64,000 bases of DNA from Gammaproteobacteria bacterium. Its GTDB lineage: Bacteria; Pseudomonadota; Gammaproteobacteria; SZUA-229. The stretch spans positions 14,807 to 78,806 of the forward strand of contig JAOUKV010000009.1 of assembly GCA_029882355.1 (NCBI GenBank), read 5' to 3'. Below, piece by piece: positions 61,054 to 64,000 of this stretch (position 1 is its first letter; each line of letters starts with the position of its first letter). A model generated the notes under the pieces. That model did not search any database. It was not told where the DNA came from and worked only from the letters and a program-made list of their open reading frames with translations. The position numbers and the translations under genes were made by a program.

Positions 61054-63375
61054 TTAGTCACCAAACAATCTACGAAACCAGCCGAACGAAGAACCTTCGG
61101 TACACTCGGCCTCGGTCTCAGGCTCGGAGCCTTTAATAAAGGGCAATTCTATCGCATTTTCACAGTCTTTCCCCGATAGAAGTCCAGATTCGCCGTCAAT
61201 CCACTGCATGGTAATATTATCCGGCATTAATACCTCAAAGGACCTTGATGAAATAGAACGCATTAATTTTGACCAGATCCGCAGCGCACCTGAGGCCCCG
61301 GTTAAACCAGAGCTGCGATTATCATCATAACCAGTCCAGACTACTGCCACAGCATCTCCGGAAAAACCTGCAAACCAGCTATCTCTTAAGTCATCAGAAG
61401 TTCCGGTTTTACCCGCCACCTTGATATCCAGCTCATGAGCGAGTCTTTTTGCAGTACCCTCCTCTGCGATCCCCAGCATACTGTGGTTAATCAGGGCAAC
61501 GACTTCTGGCGAGACTTCACGGGCCACATCAACCGGATAACGCTTCAAGGTCTGGCCGTCTTTATCTAATACTGCAACAACACTTTTAAGGGGGCTGTGA
61601 AATCCACTGGCAGCAAAGGTCTGATAAATTGACGCCACATCAAAGGGTGACATATCTACGGCGCCTAGGGTCATCGATGGATAGGGGGGCAAGCGACTAT
61701 GATTGCCTAATTGCTGAATGGTCTTGCTAATTTCACCCAGACCAACATCAAGTCCTAATCGTGCTGCGGGAATATTGTAGGACTTGAGCAATGCCTCATA
61801 TAAGGTCACCTTGCCATGATATTTGTGATCATAGTTTTCCGGCTCCCATATCTGTTTATCATCACCAACAACCCGTAAACGTGAATCATCAATCAAACTA
61901 GCCAGGGTATATTTATTGCTTTGTTTTAACGCAGATAGATAAATGGCAGGCTTAATCAAAGAACCAATATGACGCTGAATATCAAGGGATCGATTAAAAC
62001 CGGGATAATCGGGTTGACGGTCACCCACCATAGCTAAAACTTCGCCATTATTTGGTGAGACGACTATAGCGGCAACCTGCAACTCCTTATCTCTGGATAG
62101 CTGAGGCATAACAGTGAGCACTGCCTGTTCCGTTTGATGCTGGACATAAGGGTCAAACGCCGTAAAAATGCGTAAGCCTTCTGACTTTAAATCGTCTGAG
62201 TTATAGGTGATTTTTAATTGTCGCTTAACAAGATCAAGATAAGCAGGATAACGCACACGTTTTACATGGCGTGCGATTTTTATTTTTTTGGAAGATAAGC
62301 TTCTAAACTGCTCAGTCGTTATCAAACCATTATCATGAATGGTCGAAAGCACCACATCCCTTCTTTCTTTGGCACGCTCCGGATTTCTAACAGGATTGTA
62401 ATAGGATGCACCTTTAACCATGCCAACCAGCAATGCCATTTCATCTAAAGCCAGTTGATGTAAAGGCTTACCAAAATAATACAAACTCGACAGGCCAAAA
62501 CCATGGATAGCCCGCTCCTGATCCTGACCCAGGTATATTTCATTTAGATATGTTTCAAGAATTTTTTCTTTGTCATATTGCAGATCCAGCAATATCGCCA
62601 TTACCGCTTCATTAGCTTTACGCCATAGATTCTGCTTAGGCGTTAAAAATAAATTCTTAACTAGCTGCTGCGTTATGGTACTGCCACCCTGTACCGTTCG
62701 GCCGGCTTTTATATTTGCGACAAAAGCTCTTGCAATCGATCTGACATCAACACCCGGGTGCTCATAGAAGCGTCGATCCTCAATCATTACCAGCATCGCT
62801 ATTAGCTCTTCTGGTATTTCTTCCAATCTAACCAGTTCTCTGTCTTCACCATGAGAGGGAAATATTCCTGCAAGGTAAGCAGGATCAAACCTGACCAACG
62901 CCAGAGAATCATTACTGCTTAAATCGATAAGATTAGAAATTTTATGACCTGATATCTCAACACGTATTGATCGGCTGATTTCTTCACCATCCCAGTACTC
63001 AAAGCCGCGAGTTACAATATCAAATCTATTTGAAGATCGCTGGTACTGCCCTGGCTCTAATGTTGTCGAATCTTCAGAGGAATAATTCAGCATGTCCAGC
63101 TCGATCTGCAACTGCGCAGGCGTTAATGTCATACCCTCATACAATTCCAGTGGACGAGCATAGACTCGGGCAGGCAATTGCCAGATTCTTCCTTCAAATT
63201 TACTGATTATTTTTATATCCAGATAAACCAGATATACAACACTAACGACAAGGATAAATAAAAAAAACTTTAGATATCTACGTTTTTGCTGTGGCTTTGA
63301 CTTTCTCGATGGAGAGCGACTGACAACTGTTTTTGGCTTATTCTTTTTACTGCTTTGATTTCTTTTTTTTGGCAT
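61054..63375 (-). CDS. mrcB: Penicillin-binding protein 1B (bifunctional glycosyltransferase/transpeptidase)
   Basis: 773 aa: basic N-terminus, TM helix, UB2H-like insert, GT51 motifs (EDRRFYEHPG, RITQQLVKN) and transpeptidase motifs SxxK (SLIKP), SxN and KTG. Confidence 0.92.
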   Translation of the reverse strand: MPKKRNQSSKKNKPKTVVSRSPSRKSKPQQKRRYLKFFLFILVVSVVYLVYLDIKIISKFEGRIWQLPARVYARPLELYEGMTLTPAQLQIELDMLNYSSEDSTTLEPGQYQRSSNRFDIVTRGFEYWDGEEISRSIRVEISGHKISNLIDLSSNDSLALVRFDPAYLAGIFPSHGEDRELVRLEEIPEELIAMLVMIEDRRFYEHPGVDVRSIARAFVANIKAGRTVQGGSTITQQLVKNLFLTPKQNLWRKANEAVMAILLDLQYDKEKILETYLNEIYLGQDQERAIHGFGLSSLYYFGKPLHQLALDEMALLVGMVKGASYYNPVRNPERAKERRDVVLSTIHDNGLITTEQFRSLSSKKIKIARHVKRVRYPAYLDLVKRQLKITYNSDDLKSEGLRIFTAFDPYVQHQTEQAVLTVMPQLSRDKELQVAAIVVSPNNGEVLAMVGDRQPDYPGFNRSLDIQRHIGSLIKPAIYLSALKQSNKYTLASLIDDSRLRVVGDDKQIWEPENYDHKYHGKVTLYEALLKSYNIPAARLGLDVGLGEISKTIQQLGNHSRLPPYPSMTLGAVDMSPFDVASIYQTFAASGFHSPLKSVVAVLDKDGQTLKRYPVDVAREVSPEVVALINHSMLGIAEEGTAKRLAHELDIKVAGKTGTSDDLRDSWFAGFSGDAVAVVWTGYDDNRSSGLTGASGALRIWSKLMRSISSRSFEVLMPDNITMQWIDGESGLLSGKDCENAIELPFIKGSEPETEAECTEGSSFGWFRRLFGD

Positions 63376-63447
63376 AGAGGGCAGTCATAGTTTTCACATA
63401 ATTATGACTAATTATACAGCCTTATCCCTAAGGCTACCTGTTAACTA

Positions 63448-64000
63448 TTAACGACAGGTTGAGAGAAAACGAGCAGATTTGCCTTTGCAGGGATCAGCCT
63501 CAAATTTGGATTCTTTTTCTTTTTTTCTTTTCTGTTCAGCCTTCTTTTTCAGTAAAGCCTGTTTTTCAAGTTCTGCTTCTACTTTAGCTTGTTTCTCAGC
63601 TTCAATTTGTTGTTGTTTAGATTTATTATCTTCTTGCTTAGCCGCTGCCTCAATGGCTTTTTTCTTTTTATCTGCTATTTCTTTTTTCTCTTTCTGGGTA
63701 TTTTTCATCTTTGCAGCTTCGGCTTTTAATCGTTTCTCCTCTGCAGCTTTCTCGCTTTCTGCCTGGGCAGCCATTTCTTTAGCCTTACGCTGTTTTTTCT
63801 CATCACGGTCTTTCGCTAGTGCCTTTTGCTTCCTTTCTCTAACCAGGATCGCTTCTCTTTCGGCTTCGAGAACGCCTACAAATGTCGCCTTATTTAGCCA
63901 ATCTAGTGCTTTATCAAAATTTGATTTTACACCCACACCATGAGCATACATTTTACCTACATAGTACATAGCCTGTGAGTTACCATCTGCAGCCTTTGTT
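63448..64000 (-). CDS. Sel1-repeat protein with Lys/Glu-rich coiled-coil C-terminal tail (partial; N-terminus lies beyond the window end)
   Basis: The frame is open to position 64000. GNSQAMYYVGKMYAHGVGVKSNFDKALDWLNKA is a Sel1 repeat. The C-terminal 120 aa are a low-complexity K/E/A-rich region. Confidence 0.7.
   Translation of the reverse strand, partial: TKAADGNSQAMYYVGKMYAHGVGVKSNFDKALDWLNKATFVGVLEAEREAILVRERKQKALAKDRDEKKQRKAKEMAAQAESEKAAEEKRLKAEAAKMKNTQKEKKEIADKKKKAIEAAAKQEDNKSKQQQIEAEKQAKVEAELEKQALLKKKAEQKRKKEKESKFEADPCKGKSARFLSTCR

Noticed and set aside
1-64000. Search for CRISPR arrays, IS elements or transposases, integrons, retrons and phage structural genes
   Set aside because: There are no regularly spaced direct repeats, no DDE transposase or tyrosine-recombinase-like ORFs, no reverse-transcriptase motifs and no attC-like arrays. 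The only tandem DNA repeats are coding (the rpsB tail).

Overview
The window is a gammaproteobacterial core-genome stretch of about 43-45% GC. Coding is dense and the gene order is the classic conserved one.

Main syntenic blocks:
- Minus strand 1,118-13,665: rpsB-tsf | pyrH-frr-uppS-cdsA-dxr-rseP-bamA-skp-lpxD-fabZ-lpxA.
- Plus strand: map-glnD-dapE.
- A single tRNA-Arg(CCU), followed by ppiB-lpxH.
- Minus strand: ihfB-lapB-pyrF.
- Minus strand 27,714-39,565: gyrA-serC-serA-pheA-hisC-tyrA-aroA-cmk-rpsA.
- sdhCDAB-sdhE followed by a YgfX/CptA-like gene, divergent from ygfZ.
- A rimK triad (retropepsin-like protease, RimK, M14-type deacylase).
- lysS-prfB with the canonical programmed +1 frameshift.
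- tsaB-yoaA, then PBP1b (mrcB) with a small TPR lipoprotein immediately downstream.
- A Sel1-repeat protein running off the right edge.

What I did not find: transposases, integrases, CRISPR arrays, phage genes or any recognisable defence island. I cannot point to a clear-cut novel multi-gene system and do not want to overclaim one.

The non-housekeeping content is limited to a few small insertions:
- A ParD-like antitoxin / zeta-toxin-like P-loop kinase pair next to the tRNA, with a promoter-overlapping palindrome and a 12-bp perfect inverted repeat in the 300-bp spacer.
- A small membrane protein plus a two-RCK K+ channel.
- An ICMT-family membrane methyltransferase plus a minimal eukaryotic-like kinase, next to a large PAS-GGDEF-EAL sensor.
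- A small ORF inserted between sdhE and the ygfX-like gene.
- A highly charged 66-aa ORF followed by an inverted-repeat structure.

Two sequence-level oddities stand out. rpsB carries a roughly 75-aa lysine/alanine/proline-rich C-terminal tail. prfB has, besides its programmed frameshift, a second apparent 1-nt frame disruption; this is probably a homopolymer sequencing error, but a pseudogene cannot be excluded.
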